Made by a program: the position numbers and the translations under genes. This document shows, one piece after another, positions 21,817 to 33,762 of a stretch of 64,000 nucleotides of DNA. The notes beneath the pieces were generated by a model. That model was not told where the DNA came from and did not search any database. It worked only from the letters and a program-made list of their open reading frames with translations. Source of the stretch: Plasmodiophora brassicae (Eukaryota); NCBI GenBank assembly GCA_036867785.1, contig CP145428.1:1-64000 (forward strand), in the 5' to 3' direction. Each line of letters starts with the position of its first letter. Within the stretch, counting starts at the first letter, position 1.

Positions 21817-23256
21817 ATGAGGTGCACAATTGTAATCCTAATGGCAATGCTGACAGCTATCGTAGCGGTGGCAATATGGGCGGCGCCCTTGCCGTCGATC
21901 GCGCTGACGATTAGGTCAGCGGACGGGCAGGTTCGCTCGCTCAGCAGCTACGGGTTCGCCATGGGCAACCAGACCTTTAATGTTTCGGCACCGGCCTGGC
22001 AGGCGGACGTAGCGCACCCGACGAGCATCGACCAGGGCGCCCACCAGCGGGTCGTGTTCGTCGAAATGGCCACCGTCACTGTTAATGTCGCCGAGTGGGC
22101 CGACGCTTGCGCCAGGAACGGCTGCGCGGGCCTCGTCTTCTACGTTGCTCCCGCCAGCCTGTTGAGAACGATCGTGGAGATGCTGGCGTGGTCCTATTGG
22201 GTTCCCAGGCCCGGCGCGTTCGCCACGTTGCCGATCGTCGTCGCCGTCGACACCGTCGGGGCGATCGGCACGTCCGACATTGTCGTGATGGCGTCTGATC
22301 GCGATACGGTCGAGCAGAACCCGGCGGGAATCGCCCTGCGGCGAGCACCCGTCGTCATCCTGTTCAGCTGTATAGCCGCCGCGCTCGTCCTTCTCAGCCT
22401 GGCCGACATCGTTCGCGTGTTGCAATTCTCGGTGGACGACAGCTGGAGGGTGCGGGCCCCGCCCTGGCCCACCACCGTCAACATCTGCTTCCTGGTGCTG
22501 TCGCAGGCGGTGCGCACCATCAGGGCGATCAACATTGCCTGGTGCCGCGAGCAGGGACTCCCGTACGCCGCCCTCGTCTTCGTCAACCACATCGATATGC
22601 CGTTGAGCGCGACGGCCCGTATCGCCCTGAACGTGACCGTATCGCGATTGATGACCGCCGAGCTGTCGGCGCGTCCCGTCCTGACCGCGTACTACGCGGT
22701 CACTGCCGCTGGCGTCCTGCTGACGGCCGCCATGTACGTCGTTGTCGACGTGGCCAGTGGCACGCAGGTCCTGCCGATGGGCGTCATTGCGACACACCTG
22801 TTCCTGCTGAGCACCAGCATCCTGTACACGGTCACCAACGCCTACCCGTGCTGGGCAGTGCTCCCGCATATCTGCAAGTCGAAACGGCAGGGCCGGTTGA
22901 CGCCAGATGCGTCGTCAACGCGCCGTCCGATTTACATTCGACTCTGCTCGTCGTGGGTCATGGCCACGTTAGTGCTCCTGTCGCAGCTGGCGGTCCTGGC
23001 CGTCCAGAACACGTCGCCGTTCCACTTCCTGGTCGCCTACGGCGTCAGCCAGGTGATGGCGATCGTCTGGGCCATACCCATGCTCGTGGCGTACCGACCC
23101 AAGTCGTCCGCCATCGACAGATGCCTCATGGCCGCCTGTGCACGCTGGTGCAGGCGCGGTCGTGGTCGTTGCGCGCCGACGGCAGGCGCACCCATTGTCG
23201 TGGCAATGTCACCCATGAGGAACATAACTGAGAACGCCAGCACCGAAATACACTGA
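21817..23256 (+). CDS. Signal peptide + PA-like ectodomain + 7TM receptor-like protein, paralogue B
   Basis: Tandem paralogue of 20224-21576. Shared motifs LSSYGFA, CAGLVFY, MLAWSYW, VEQNPA, RAPPWP, VLPMGVIAT, AYGVSQ and AYRPKSS. Confidence 0.75.
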   Translation: MRCTIVILMAMLTAIVAVAIWAAPLPSIALTIRSADGQVRSLSSYGFAMGNQTFNVSAPAWQADVAHPTSIDQGAHQRVVFVEMATVTVNVAEWADACARNGCAGLVFYVAPASLLRTIVEMLAWSYWVPRPGAFATLPIVVAVDTVGAIGTSDIVVMASDRDTVEQNPAGIALRRAPVVILFSCIAAALVLLSLADIVRVLQFSVDDSWRVRAPPWPTTVNICFLVLSQAVRTIRAINIAWCREQGLPYAALVFVNHIDMPLSATARIALNVTVSRLMTAELSARPVLTAYYAVTAAGVLLTAAMYVVVDVASGTQVLPMGVIATHLFLLSTSILYTVTNAYPCWAVLPHICKSKRQGRLTPDASSTRRPIYIRLCSSWVMATLVLLSQLAVLAVQNTSPFHFLVAYGVSQVMAIVWAIPMLVAYRPKSSAIDRCLMAACARWCRRGRGRCAPTAGAPIVVAMSPMRNITENASTEIH

Positions 23257-23625
23257 ACGTATTCGCTGCGTTATGCCGGGTAGAGAGAGCGGTGATGCGG
23301 GGGTGTCTAACCGTACGCGCGTCCGGCGCCGTCATGCTTCAAACGAGCGTACGATGTCGACAAATATGGTTGGGTTTTGGTGCCAGTATAGTTCCAACTG
23401 GTCGACCGGGGGACGTCGCGGCCAACCACATATCCGAACCGGGGGTAGGTCAGGCGTATGTGCGAACGGCAGCGGGACACGGAAGCGACGGGCAGCGCGG
23501 TATGTACCATAAGACGGCGGAGTCCGTGGCGGAGTCCGCAGCCGACGGCGCGACGCCGGTGCGTCTGTGTGTGTGTCAAGTGTCAACTGTCAACTGACAG
23601 GGCGCCGCGGCCCGGTCATCACGTG

Positions 23626-24866
23626 ATGCATCCCGACCGGCTGAAGAAGCTCGGCCATGGTGCCAACCCGGCCGCGTACAACATACCGAACCCGGCGGCG
23701 TCGGGCGCCAAACCCCAGGTTTGGCAACGATGCGCGATTCTCCGCGGCCGCCTGTCGACCCATCCTCGGAATAGGCTTCCTCGTCGTCGTCGTCGTCGTC
23801 CGGGATACATCCCGCCCGGCTGAAGATGATGGGCGGCGCTCCTGCGTCCGCGTCCGGTATCCACCCGGCCAGACTAGCGATGATGGGTGGCGCCCCCGCA
23901 TCCGTATCGACCGCGAAGGCAGCGGCGCCGTCATCCGCGCCCTCGTCCTCATCGACGACGTCGAATGGCGGCATCCGCCCCGACAGGCCCAAGGCGATGG
24001 GTGGCGCACCCGCACCCGCTGCCCAGTCGAGGCCCGCGTCGTCGAACGGCGGCATCCATCCGGCCCGCCTCAAGATGATGGGCGGGGCGCCCGCCCCCGT
24101 ATCAGGGGGCAGGCCACCCGCTGCCAGCAAGCCGCCCCCGACGTCGTCGACGACATCCGGCATACATCCCGACAGACTCAAGATGCTGGGAGGTGCACCG
24201 AAGCAGCCCAGCGCGGCACCCGCCAATCGCCCCACGTCCGCTCCACCCGCGTCCGCCCTGGACGCGTCCAGCGGTACCCGGCCGCCGTCTGGATCGGCAA
24301 GCACGCCCGGCACGCGACAAGGGCCACCTCCCCCTTCGCATGCCGGACGGGAAGCGTTGTCGTCGTCGACTAGCAGCAGGCCGTCGCCGCCGCCGTCGTC
24401 AGGGAGGACCGCTCCGACAGCCACGACGGGCACGCAGGCCCCGAAGCCGGTGCCGACCGCCGGTTCGTACGCGAACCCATACGGCAAGCCGCCGCCGGTG
24501 CCGCCCCGACCGGCGCGGGCAGACGACGTCGACGATGCCGGGCCGGTCATCCGGATCACGGCCGTCTTCAGCGGCGGCAGCAGCAGCCGCAAGGTCGAAC
24601 TGGTTCCGTCGCCGACGGCGTCGTCGTCGACGCCAATGTACCCGAAGGTGACGCACTACGTCCACCCGTCGCGACGGGCGTCGTCGTCGTCGTCGTCAAC
24701 AAAGGCACCGCCGAGGCCGGCCGCGTCGACGAGCGGCGCCCCGTCGCCGGCCAGCGTCGCGTCGAACGCCGCGTCCGGATGGAGCAGCAGCGGCGACGAC
24801 GACAACGAGGCGATCGAGCAGCAGGTGCAGGCGGCGAGGAAGGCGGCCGCTCGCATCAAGAAATGA
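23626..24866 (+). CDS. Low-complexity Pro/Ser/Ala protein with repeated GIHP(A/D)RLxMxGG motifs
   Basis: An intron at ~23719-23774 joins the MHPDRLKKLG exon to the main ORF. The true start may lie in an upstream exon near 23460-23558. Confidence 0.7.
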
Positions 24867-24982
24867 CATTGTGTAAATCGGCGCACGATAGGTGCCTCCC
24901 CGGAAACCCCACTCAGCAACGACGAACGAACGCCACCGGGTGTAGGTCGTGCATTGTGTGGGGCGCCGCCCCCGTACCGTCG

Positions 24983-25325
24983 CTACGGGGCGGCGCCCGG
25001 CTGCGCCATGTTCTGCTCGGCGAACCGCGCCCCGACCCGCTGCATGTACTTCATGAACTTGTCGCAGCACGTGTTGACGCAGGCCTCCTCCTTCTGGTCC
25101 AGCGTCCTGGTCGGCGGGGACCGACGTCAGCGACGAGCGGGCGCGGGGCGCACACAAACGGAGGACGTACCGGCCGCGAAAGTTGTCGACGCAGCGGTCG
25201 AAGCACCGTTCCGCCAGCTTGTTGTACATGGACTGCGCGTCGCGCACCTGCAACTCCTGCAGGACGTCCATCAGGCGCGCCTGCTCCGCCTCGGACAGCG
25301 CCGTCTGGATCCCGAACGCGTTCAT
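24983..25325 (-). CDS. TIM9: Mitochondrial small TIM chaperone (Tim9)
   Basis: MNAF...QVRDAQSMYNKLAERCFDRCVDNFRGR|TLDQKEEACVNTCCDKFMKYMQRVGARFAEQN. Twin CX3C motif. Intron 25107-25170. Confidence 0.92.
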
Positions 25326-25633
25326 CGCCGACCGACCGCGCTGTATTTGGCGGCGCCGCGCAATCGACCGCTGCTTGATGTCGGCGGCGAACTCGAGCAC
25401 CCCATATGGCGCTGCGTCGCCGATCCACGACGCCGATGGCGACAGGAACGGTGACCGTTTCGGAAAGCGCCGGCGATCCTGCGCCCTGTACTGATTGTAT
25501 TCGTGATGCGCGACTGGCGCATGAACGTAGCGCGCCACGGCGCAGGGCGTATGTTGCGCAGTGGGACGGGGGGGTTGCGCGACGGGCAGCTCCGGCGGCG
25601 TCAGTTCCGGAGGAGAGAGGGGGGTGGGTCGCG

Positions 25634-26371
25634 ATGGCGCCCGTCGCCGCGATCGTCGAGGACGTCGACCTGAAAGGTGGGGGGTCGCGCGTCCCTGCTC
25701 CGGCGCAGCTGGTCGCTGACGTGTCGCCGGCAGTCGAGGAGATGTGCGGCGACGTCGTGCGCGCCGCCGAGCGCCAGGCCGCGTCGCTGGACGCGCAGAT
25801 GGCCGCCCTGCTGGCGCGTATCCCCATGCAGATGCGGGCGATGACCATCGGCGAACTGCTCGACCGGTACAATGGCGACCTGGCGCTCGCCGCCCATTCG
25901 TCCGAGATCCGCATGGCCAACGACATTGGTGAGATGCGTTTCATGTTTCCCAGACGTGCACTGCGCTGTTCGTGCGACCCATTGTGCAACACCCACGCTG
26001 ACGTTTGTATTGGTGCAGCGACGTGGGTGGCGGCGACGCCCAAGCTGTCGTGCCGTCGCCAGGCGCTGGCGGACGCGACGAACACGCTGCCGGGCCGCAG
26101 CAGCGGCATCGCCAGGTCGACGATCAAGAAGGGGAGGAAGGCGGCGCCGCGCGGCCCGGTCCAGTTCGAGACGCCGCGCCGCGTGACCCGATCGCAGAGC
26201 ATCGCGTCGGCGGGCGGCGACGACGACGCGATGGTGGTCGAGGCGGGGCCGCCCGTCGTCGACAGCCCCCGGCCGAAGCGCGCCACGAAGCAGGCCGGCA
26301 AGGCGATCCGGGCCGTGCAGCGACGCCTCGCCGGCAAGGTCAAACAGGTCGACGCGCTCCTGCGCGCGTGA
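25634..26371 (+). CDS. Borealin/Nbl1 N-terminal domain-like protein
   Basis: LLARIPMQMRAMTIGELLDRYNGD matches the Borealin_N pattern (riP..vR.M.l.ef...y.gd). Basic tail with TP/SP sites. Probable intron 25929-26018. Confidence 0.65.
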   Translation: MAPVAAIVEDVDLKGGGSRVPAPAQLVADVSPAVEEMCGDVVRAAERQAASLDAQMAALLARIPMQMRAMTIGELLDRYNGDLALAAHSSEIRMANDIGEMRFMFPRRALRCSCDPLCNTHADVCIGAATWVAATPKLSCRRQALADATNTLPGRSSGIARSTIKKGRKAAPRGPVQFETPRRVTRSQSIASAGGDDDAMVVEAGPPVVDSPRPKRATKQAGKAIRAVQRRLAGKVKQVDALLRA

Positions 26372-26719
26372 CGCGCTGCCGTCCCGGTAAATACATGGGA
26401 GCGGGTGTCCCCAGGGCACGAGGCCATGCGGTCGGCCTGAGCGCCTCGGAACGGCTGCGGGTCGGCGTTTCGTTCGCAAGAGGAGGAGAGCGCGTGCGCG
26501 CGGCCGCGGTGCTTCGCTGACGGCGGCGCTCATGTGACTGGGTGGGGCGCGCGCGGCATCAACGACGAGCGCGCGCGCACACACACAGCGCCCGCCTGCA
26601 TGCCCATGCGACTGTGGGCCTGAAACCCTCGCTGCCGGGCACAGACGAGCGCATCGCGCGCTCGTGTCGTCTGTGCCCGACTGCCCCGGGCGTCGTCACA
26701 AAGCAAACAGCAGACGAGG

Positions 26720-26974
26720 ATGTTGTCGAAGGCGTTCGTCGTGGTCGGGTGCTGGTGCCTGGCGGTGGCGCTCGTGGGCGCCGCCGCCGGCCCGCAGGTC
26801 GTCAGCTCGTCGTTCCAGTTCAAGTCGTTCAGCGTCGGCGACGGCGGCGGCGGCGGCGACAAGCAGCAGCAGGTCGACATCATGGTCGTCACGGTCGTCT
26901 TCGACCAGCCCCTGTACGTCAACGGCACCATCATCAACGACACGTCGATCACGGCGGGCCAGTCGGTCGGCGGT

Positions 26975-27005
<31 letters not shown>

Positions 27006-30000
27006 GCGGTCAGTGCATGAACAACAACAACAACAATGGTGGCGGTACGTTGCGCGCGCGTGTACCCGCTGCGCCCGTTCCTGACCTTGTCGGCGCAGGT
27101 GGGCCGAACACGTTCCCGAAGCTGGCGTTCATGATGCAGGGCCGGGTCAACCTGACCGCCGGCACGTTCGGCCCGTACGGGTCGTACCTGAGCCAGGACT
27201 TCTCCAACGTGTTCGTCATGTTCACGACGATCGACCCGGGCGCCACGTTCCTGAACTGCCTCGGCGGCCTGCCCAACATCGAGCCGGTGCAGGCGAACGC
27301 GATCTCGCTGATCAAGATCATCAGCATGCAGGGCGGCGGCGGCGGCGGTGGCGGTGGCCCGCCGCCGGGGCCCCCGTTCCCCCAGATCGAGGCCGCCCTG
27401 CGCCCGGTGACGAAGACGGTCCAGTTCTTCGGCGGCATGCTGACCGGGAAGTCGGGGGCGCCGGTGCCGGCGTCCATCACGGTCGGCGGCGAGTACGTGC
27501 CCCAGTGCGACGTGGCCGGCGTCAAGGCCTTCCAGAACGTGTTCAGCCACGCGCAGGCGCTGACCGCCCAGCTGCTGTCGAACCCGTCGGCCAGCAGCGA
27601 CCTGTCGTTCCTGCAGTACGCGATCGGCGCCCGCGACACCGTCCAGTCGTGCCGGAAGATCATCAACTCGTTCTTCGCGACGACGCAGAAGAAGGTGACG
27701 ATCCCCGGCGCGAACTAGTAAGGGCGGCGGCAGGCGGTTCGCCCCTGGGTCTGTCCGTCTGACGACGCGCGTTCAGCTGCGCGTTCGAGTACGGGTCGTC
27801 CCAGTTCGCGACGAGCCCCTGCTGCAACCAGTCGCTGGCGAACTCGCAGTGCTGCGTGCCGGCGACGGTGCAGGCGTCGGTGACGACGCTGAACAACGTC
27901 AGCCTGCCGACGATCCAGGCGCAGTGTGCCACGCCCGGCAAGGTCCAGCTCGCCATCCTCGGCTACATGGCGTCGTACAACCAGATCAGCCAGAAGCCCC
28001 TGGACTACAACGCCCTGTTCAACAGCTGGTTCGCCTTCACCGGCCAGTGCCAGTCGCTCATCTACAACCAGCAGTGCACCAAGGACTCTGGTAGGCGGGC
28101 GCGTCTCCTGTGTCCAGGGGCCAGGCCTAACTGTGTGTGGCAGATTGCGTCTACTCGGGGTCGTGCGACACCACGAACAGCAAGACGTGCAAGGTGCCCT
28201 GGGGCACCGACTACCTCCTCGTCCTGCAGTGCTACTACGATCGCATGGCGCCGGACCTCAAGGTGCGGTTGTTTGTTGCGTTGCGCTCAACGCCCCCCCT
28301 GACGCGCGTTCTCCCCCCCGCGCAGACGACGCTGAACGTCGCCTGGCGCCTGGACCCGTCGAACGCGGCCACGTACAAGCAGGCGTTCATCGGCATGCTG
28401 AACTCGACGCTGGTCACCGAGGACTGCTTCGGGCAGGGCGACTCGTACCAGTGGCACTCGCAGTACAACAACGGGTGCATGCGCCCGGGCAACAAGACGG
28501 GCTGCCTGCTGAAGAAGAACTGCAACTACGACTTCTCGGTGACGTCGCAGGCGCAGTGCCTGGGGACGACGCCCGTCGACAAGTCCAGCTCGTTCTGCGG
28601 GCAGTGCAGCTCGCCGACCAACTGCTGGAAGCAGTCGCAGCCCAGCTACTGCCAGGCGACGTTCTACCAGACGCAGCAGGCGTGCACGGCCCGCAACCTG
28701 ACCTGGTACAACCCGTGGTCGCAGTGCGCCAACTGCCAGGGCTTCTGCGTCGACACGAACAAGACGACGCAGGCGACGTGCACGCCGCCCAGCATCTGCG
28801 GGACGCAGAACCCATGGGCGTGCGGCTCCATGATGTGTGTCGCGACCAACGTCACGCAGCAGGCCTGCCAGAACGCGTGGCAGACGCGCAAGACGTTCTC
28901 CGGCGACAGCAACTCGTACCAGCTCGTAGGCAGCAGCGTTGTACCGGGGTGGTGGGCGGATCGCTGAATCGGTGTGTGCCCGTGCTCGCGCAGTACTGGA
29001 TGAACTGGATGAACGACGGCAAGGGCCTGTGCGGGTTCAACCAGCAGTGGGGCAGCCAGGTCCCGCTGACGCAGGCGTTCTGCTCGTCGTTCGCCCCGGC
29101 CGTCGGCAACGCCACCATCCGCCTCTTCGAGGGGTACAACTGGAACGCCGGCCAGTACAACACGCCCGAGTCGTGCGCCGCCGGCCAGTGCAAGTACGTT
29201 CCCCCGTGTCGTGCGCCCAGACGTGTCGATCACTGACGCGTGCGTGTGTCTGTGTCATCAGCTGGCAGGACCCGCAGGGCCTCGAGTGGGGCGGCAACCT
29301 GTCGCCGCAGCAGTGCGTCCAGAAGCAGTTCTGCACGATGCCCTGCCCGAGGTGCTTCGCGCAGCGCACGAACGGCGCCGGCAACAACGTCTGCTACGTG
29401 CCCGGCAACGCGTTCAACCAGACCGCCTGCCTGTCCTTGAACGGGCAGTGGCAGAGCAGCGTCGTCGGCGGGGTACGTGTGCGCCCCGGGGGTCGTTGCG
29501 GCGCCCGCCATCTGACACCTGGCAGAACGCGCGGTGCCTGATCGGCGACGGGTCGGTGACGCAGCCGGCCTGCCTGTCGACCGGGACGAAGTACAACGTC
29601 AAGGTCGCCTGGGCGTCGTGCTCGCAGCTGCCGACGAACGACACGACGTGCAGCGCGACGGGCGCGCTCGGCGAGATCGCCCCGTACCTGAACTGCCAGT
29701 TCCAGCCGTGGGCGCCCTGCCCCGACAAGGCGTCGTGCCAGGCCATCGCCGGCCAATGCAACGACTGGGACCGCCAGCAGTGGAACAACGGCAGGCAGTC
29801 GTTCGGCACGTGCTACCTGAAGATCCCGCCCGACGTCAACGGCAACGTGCAGTGCCAGTCGCGGAAGTCGCCGGCGAACCCGTCGACGATGCTGAACTGG
29901 GGGTCGCTGCCGGGCACCTGCTCGGACCCGTCGCTGACGAACGGGACCCAGTGCGCGCGGTACGGCGGCCTGTGGCGCGACAAGGCGTTCACGAAGGCGG

Positions 30001-31247
30001 CCTGCCTCGCCGACCAGGCCTGCCACCCGCAGGGCAACGAGTGGACGAACAACATGGACGCGGCCAACTGTGCCGCCTGCAACAGCGTCATGGGCCCGAT
30101 CTACCGGTGGTCGCCGGGCCAATGGGTACGTCGCGGCGCACGCAGCTGGTCACGGTGCGCATCGTGCTGCTGCTCCTGACACGTGCGCCCAGGTCAACGC
30201 CAGCATGGTGCCGTTCCAGTGGAAGGCGAAGCAGTGGGTCAACGCCAACATGTGGGGCCTGCAGGTCGCCAACCAGAACATGCAGACGCTGTTCATGGCG
30301 GCCGCATCCGTCCTGCAGGCGCAGCAGTCGTACAACCAGCTGGTCGGCACGTACGGCTTCCTGTCCAACTTCTTCGACCAGGTCGCCTGCGATTGCACGC
30401 CGGGCGGCGCCGCCCGCAACTGCTTCGGGACGCTGCCGCCGCCGGTGCCCCAGGCACAGCTCGTCCTGGCGCCGGGCATGACGTCGCAGACACAGTCGAC
30501 CGGCTGCAAGCTGATCGTGTCGGTGGCGTCGTCGAACGCCACGTCGAAGCACCGGCGGCGCCTGCTGGCCGCCGGCGGCGGCAACACGGTCCAGGTGACG
30601 GTCGGCGTGACGACGGCGGCCAGCCTGGCCGTCATGGTGAACGGCGTGGCAAGCTACGCCGTCGTGCGCGCGTCGTCGACGAACGGCGCCGTCGTCGGGC
30701 AGCTGCTGGGCGACGGGTCGGCGATCAGCGGCCTGGCGCAGGTGTCGTCGGCGACGATCACGCTCAACTTCAACGTGCTGATCAACCGGACGTCGGCGTA
30801 CACGGTCGCCTGGATCGGCGCCCTGGTCAACAACGCGTTCGTCGTGCCCGTCACGGGCATCGCCGTCAACGCGTCGTCCGGGTCGGTGACGACCGTCGAC
30901 CTGAAGGCGGACGGCACCTACTTCCCCGTCCTGCTGGCCGCCAACTGGCAGCAGCAGGCCAGCCTGGTCGTCACGACGATCAAGGTCAGTGTGTGTGTGT
31001 GTGGCGCTGCTGCCGCTGACGAACGTGGTGCTGTGTGTAGAAGCCCAAGATGACGACGACGCGGGCGCCCACACCTGCGGGACCGACGCCTGCGCCCACA
31101 CCGGCGGGACCGACGCCTGCGCCCACGCCGGCGTCGACGCCCGGAGAGGGTGTCCTGAAGGTCAGCCCGGCGGCGACGCCTGCCGCACCGGGCCTCTTCC
31201 TGCAGCTGGTCGTCGTGGCCGCGCTGGCCTGCTTCGCATGGGCCTGA
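26720..31247 (+). CDS. Large Cys-rich secreted/surface protein with C-terminal hydrophobic tail (possible GPI signal)
   Basis: Signal MLSKAFVVVGCWCLAVALVGAAA, poly-Gly/Asn tracts, about 10 exons with dense Cys/Trp, an HRRRLL motif, PTPA repeats and the tail LFLQLVVVAALACFAWA*. Confidence 0.8.
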
Positions 31248-31353
31248 GCTCCCCAACCTGCACATCGCGTTGCGAATAAAGGATCCCCAATGGTTGTGCT
31301 GTATCACAGTGCCGTTGTGTGTGTGTGTGTGGCTTCATCATTGCCTACTACGA

Positions 31354-33371
31354 CTAGAGTGGACGCCCATCCGCATCGGTGCTGACCCACGCGGCCGGGT
31401 CGCTCTGGGCGATGCCCGTCTCCAGCATGCGTTGGCGTACAGCGTTGACGACGTCGGTGGTGGCGCCGGGCACGACGGAATCGTGCCAGATGGACCGGCA
31501 TTGGAACTTGAACTCGAGCAGCAGCGCGTTGCCGTCGGACAGGTCGGCCTGCTCCAGGTCGACGGTCTCGGTCCACGTGTCGGGCAGGGCGGCGACCCAG
31601 GCGCGCATCGCCGCGTGCAACGCGTCGATCTTGGCGCGGGGCGTCGCGTACGCCACCTTGACCTTGACGCTGATGACGGCCGGGCCCGCCCGCCGATGGT
31701 TGAAGATCGGGATCGTCGCCAGCTGCGCGTTCGGCATCGTCATCAGCTTGTTGTCCAGGCCGACGAACTCGGTCGTCATCATGCGGATGCGGGCGACCGT
31801 GTACTCGCCGCCGTCGATCGCGACGCGGTCGCCGACGCTGTACGGGCGGCGCACCAGGACGAACACGATCGACACGACGACCGCCGAGATCGTCCCGTGC
31901 AGGCTGAAGCCGACGGCGGCGAACGCCGTCGTGCACCCGACCGTCAGCGCCGAGAAGCTGGCGCCGAACGCGTGCGCCGCCAGGCCCGCGCCGACGACGA
32001 CGAACACGACGTTGCAGATCGTCGTCACGATGTCGGCGGCGTTCTCGAAGCTCTCGGCGCTCTGCCGCAGGTCGCACCGGTCGCTGAACAGCGTCTGCAC
32101 CGACACGAACAGCTCGTCGGGCTTGATCGCGTCGTAGTCCCCTGGAACGACGTCGCTCTTAGGATCGTCGAAAGCACGCGTGCGCAAACAAACCCTGACG
32201 AACCTTCGTTGCGGTGGAACAGCGTCTCGAAGCATCGCTCGACGTCGTGGTCGTCCAGGCCGAGCATGGTGCGGAGGCGCGCGAAGCTCAGGGTGCGGGC
32301 GTTGCGGAACAGGGCGTCGCGCAGGCCAGCGGCGACCCACTTGGCCTGCTGGCGCGTGCCGACCTCGACCTGCGCCCGCGCCGAGTACGCCCAGCGCTGT
32401 TCGCCCGTCTGCCCGTCCTCGACGATCTGCAGCGGCAGCTGCATCGTGTTGGTCGCCGCCCGCCGCAGCCGGTTGTCGAACGCGTCCCGGGCCTTGTTCG
32501 CCGCCCACTTGGCGCGGATCCGGTCACGCTCGCCGACGTTGTCGATGGCGCACAGCAGGACGAGCGCGTCCTTGGCGAACGTCAGGTCGTCGACGCGCCG
32601 GCGGAACACGTGCAGGGCGGCGTGGTGGCGCAGGGCGCGCAGGACGATGTTGCGGAGCGCCCAGAGGATCCACATCAGGTAGATCAGGCGGCAGACGGAC
32701 TGGGCGACGTACATGCGCTCCAGGGCGACGCCGCCCTGGTCGTGCATCCAGAACCGCAGGACGAGGTGGTCGGCGACGATGGCGAACAGGGCCAGGCCGC
32801 ATCGTCGCAGCAACTGTTTCAGGACGAGCTGGACGAGCCACGACGACCGGGAGGCGACGCGCAGGACGACGACGCAGAGGAGGCGCTGGACGAGCTCGAC
32901 GACGACGTAGAGCGCCAGGAGGAACGGCGGGATCGACAGGACCATCCAGGCGCTCATGTTGACGAGCGGCGCCTTCAGCAGCGAATCGCTGCGCCGGTCG
33001 ACGATGACCACGGCGAGCAGGCCGACGGAGACGACGAGAACGAAGACGAGCCACGGGAGGCGGTCGCCCCAGACGGCCGCGTACTTCTGCCACCAGGCCA
33101 GGTGCCGGCGCCGGTTCTCGTGCCCGGACAGGAGCTCCTCCGCGTTGATCGCGCTGGCGTCGTCCAGCTCGACGTCGTCGCCGGCGGCCGCCTCGATCAT
33201 GGAGAACTCGCGCGTCAGGTCGTTGCCCGCGTTAACGTCGTCGACGTCGTCGCCGGCCTCGTTGAGGGCGACCAGGTCGCCGACGCGCAGCGACGAGCGA
33301 TTGCTACGACGACGCCCCGACGATCGGCGCCGCACGCCGCCCGTTGTGCCGTTGCCGCTGACGTCGCTCAT
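31354..33371 (-). CDS. MscS-like mechanosensitive ion channel (eukaryotic MSL type)
   Basis: Several N-terminal TMs, then AVVVSIVFVLVRRPYSVGDRVAIDG...VARIRMMTTEF...MPNAQLATIPIFNHRRA. Intron ~32142-32204. Confidence 0.9.
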
Positions 33372-33762
33372 GGCCTCTACCTAGTGCTCTGCGCTCCTTC
33401 GACGAGGGGCGACCGTGTCCCGCAACGATTTCGTAGACGTCGCTCGGAGGCACTGATTGGGAATCTAAACGAGGGCGGGCTGGCCGGCGGAAACACGCGC
33501 ATGGGCATGAATCACGGGGGGCGCCGAGCAATGCATGAGTCACGTCCATCGTGCCCCGCTTCTGCTGCAGGCGCCAACGACGACCGTCGATAAGCGGGAC
33601 GAAGGTCGTCCGGGTGTTGCATGCCCCCCATTGCCGAGATCCGTTTCACGCGCGCAATGGTGGTCTCATAGCAACGGTACGTCGAGGTCGACGTCAGTGC
33701 GAATATAGTTGTGTATGCATTCGAAAGCACGATACGCGTTCGCGTAGCGAAGTGTGTGCACA

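Noticed and set aside
31270-33593. Long plus-strand ORFs over the MscS-like gene, and similar ones over the GT and NHL genes
   Set aside because: They are GC-rich antisense or alternative-frame shadows with no domain motifs.
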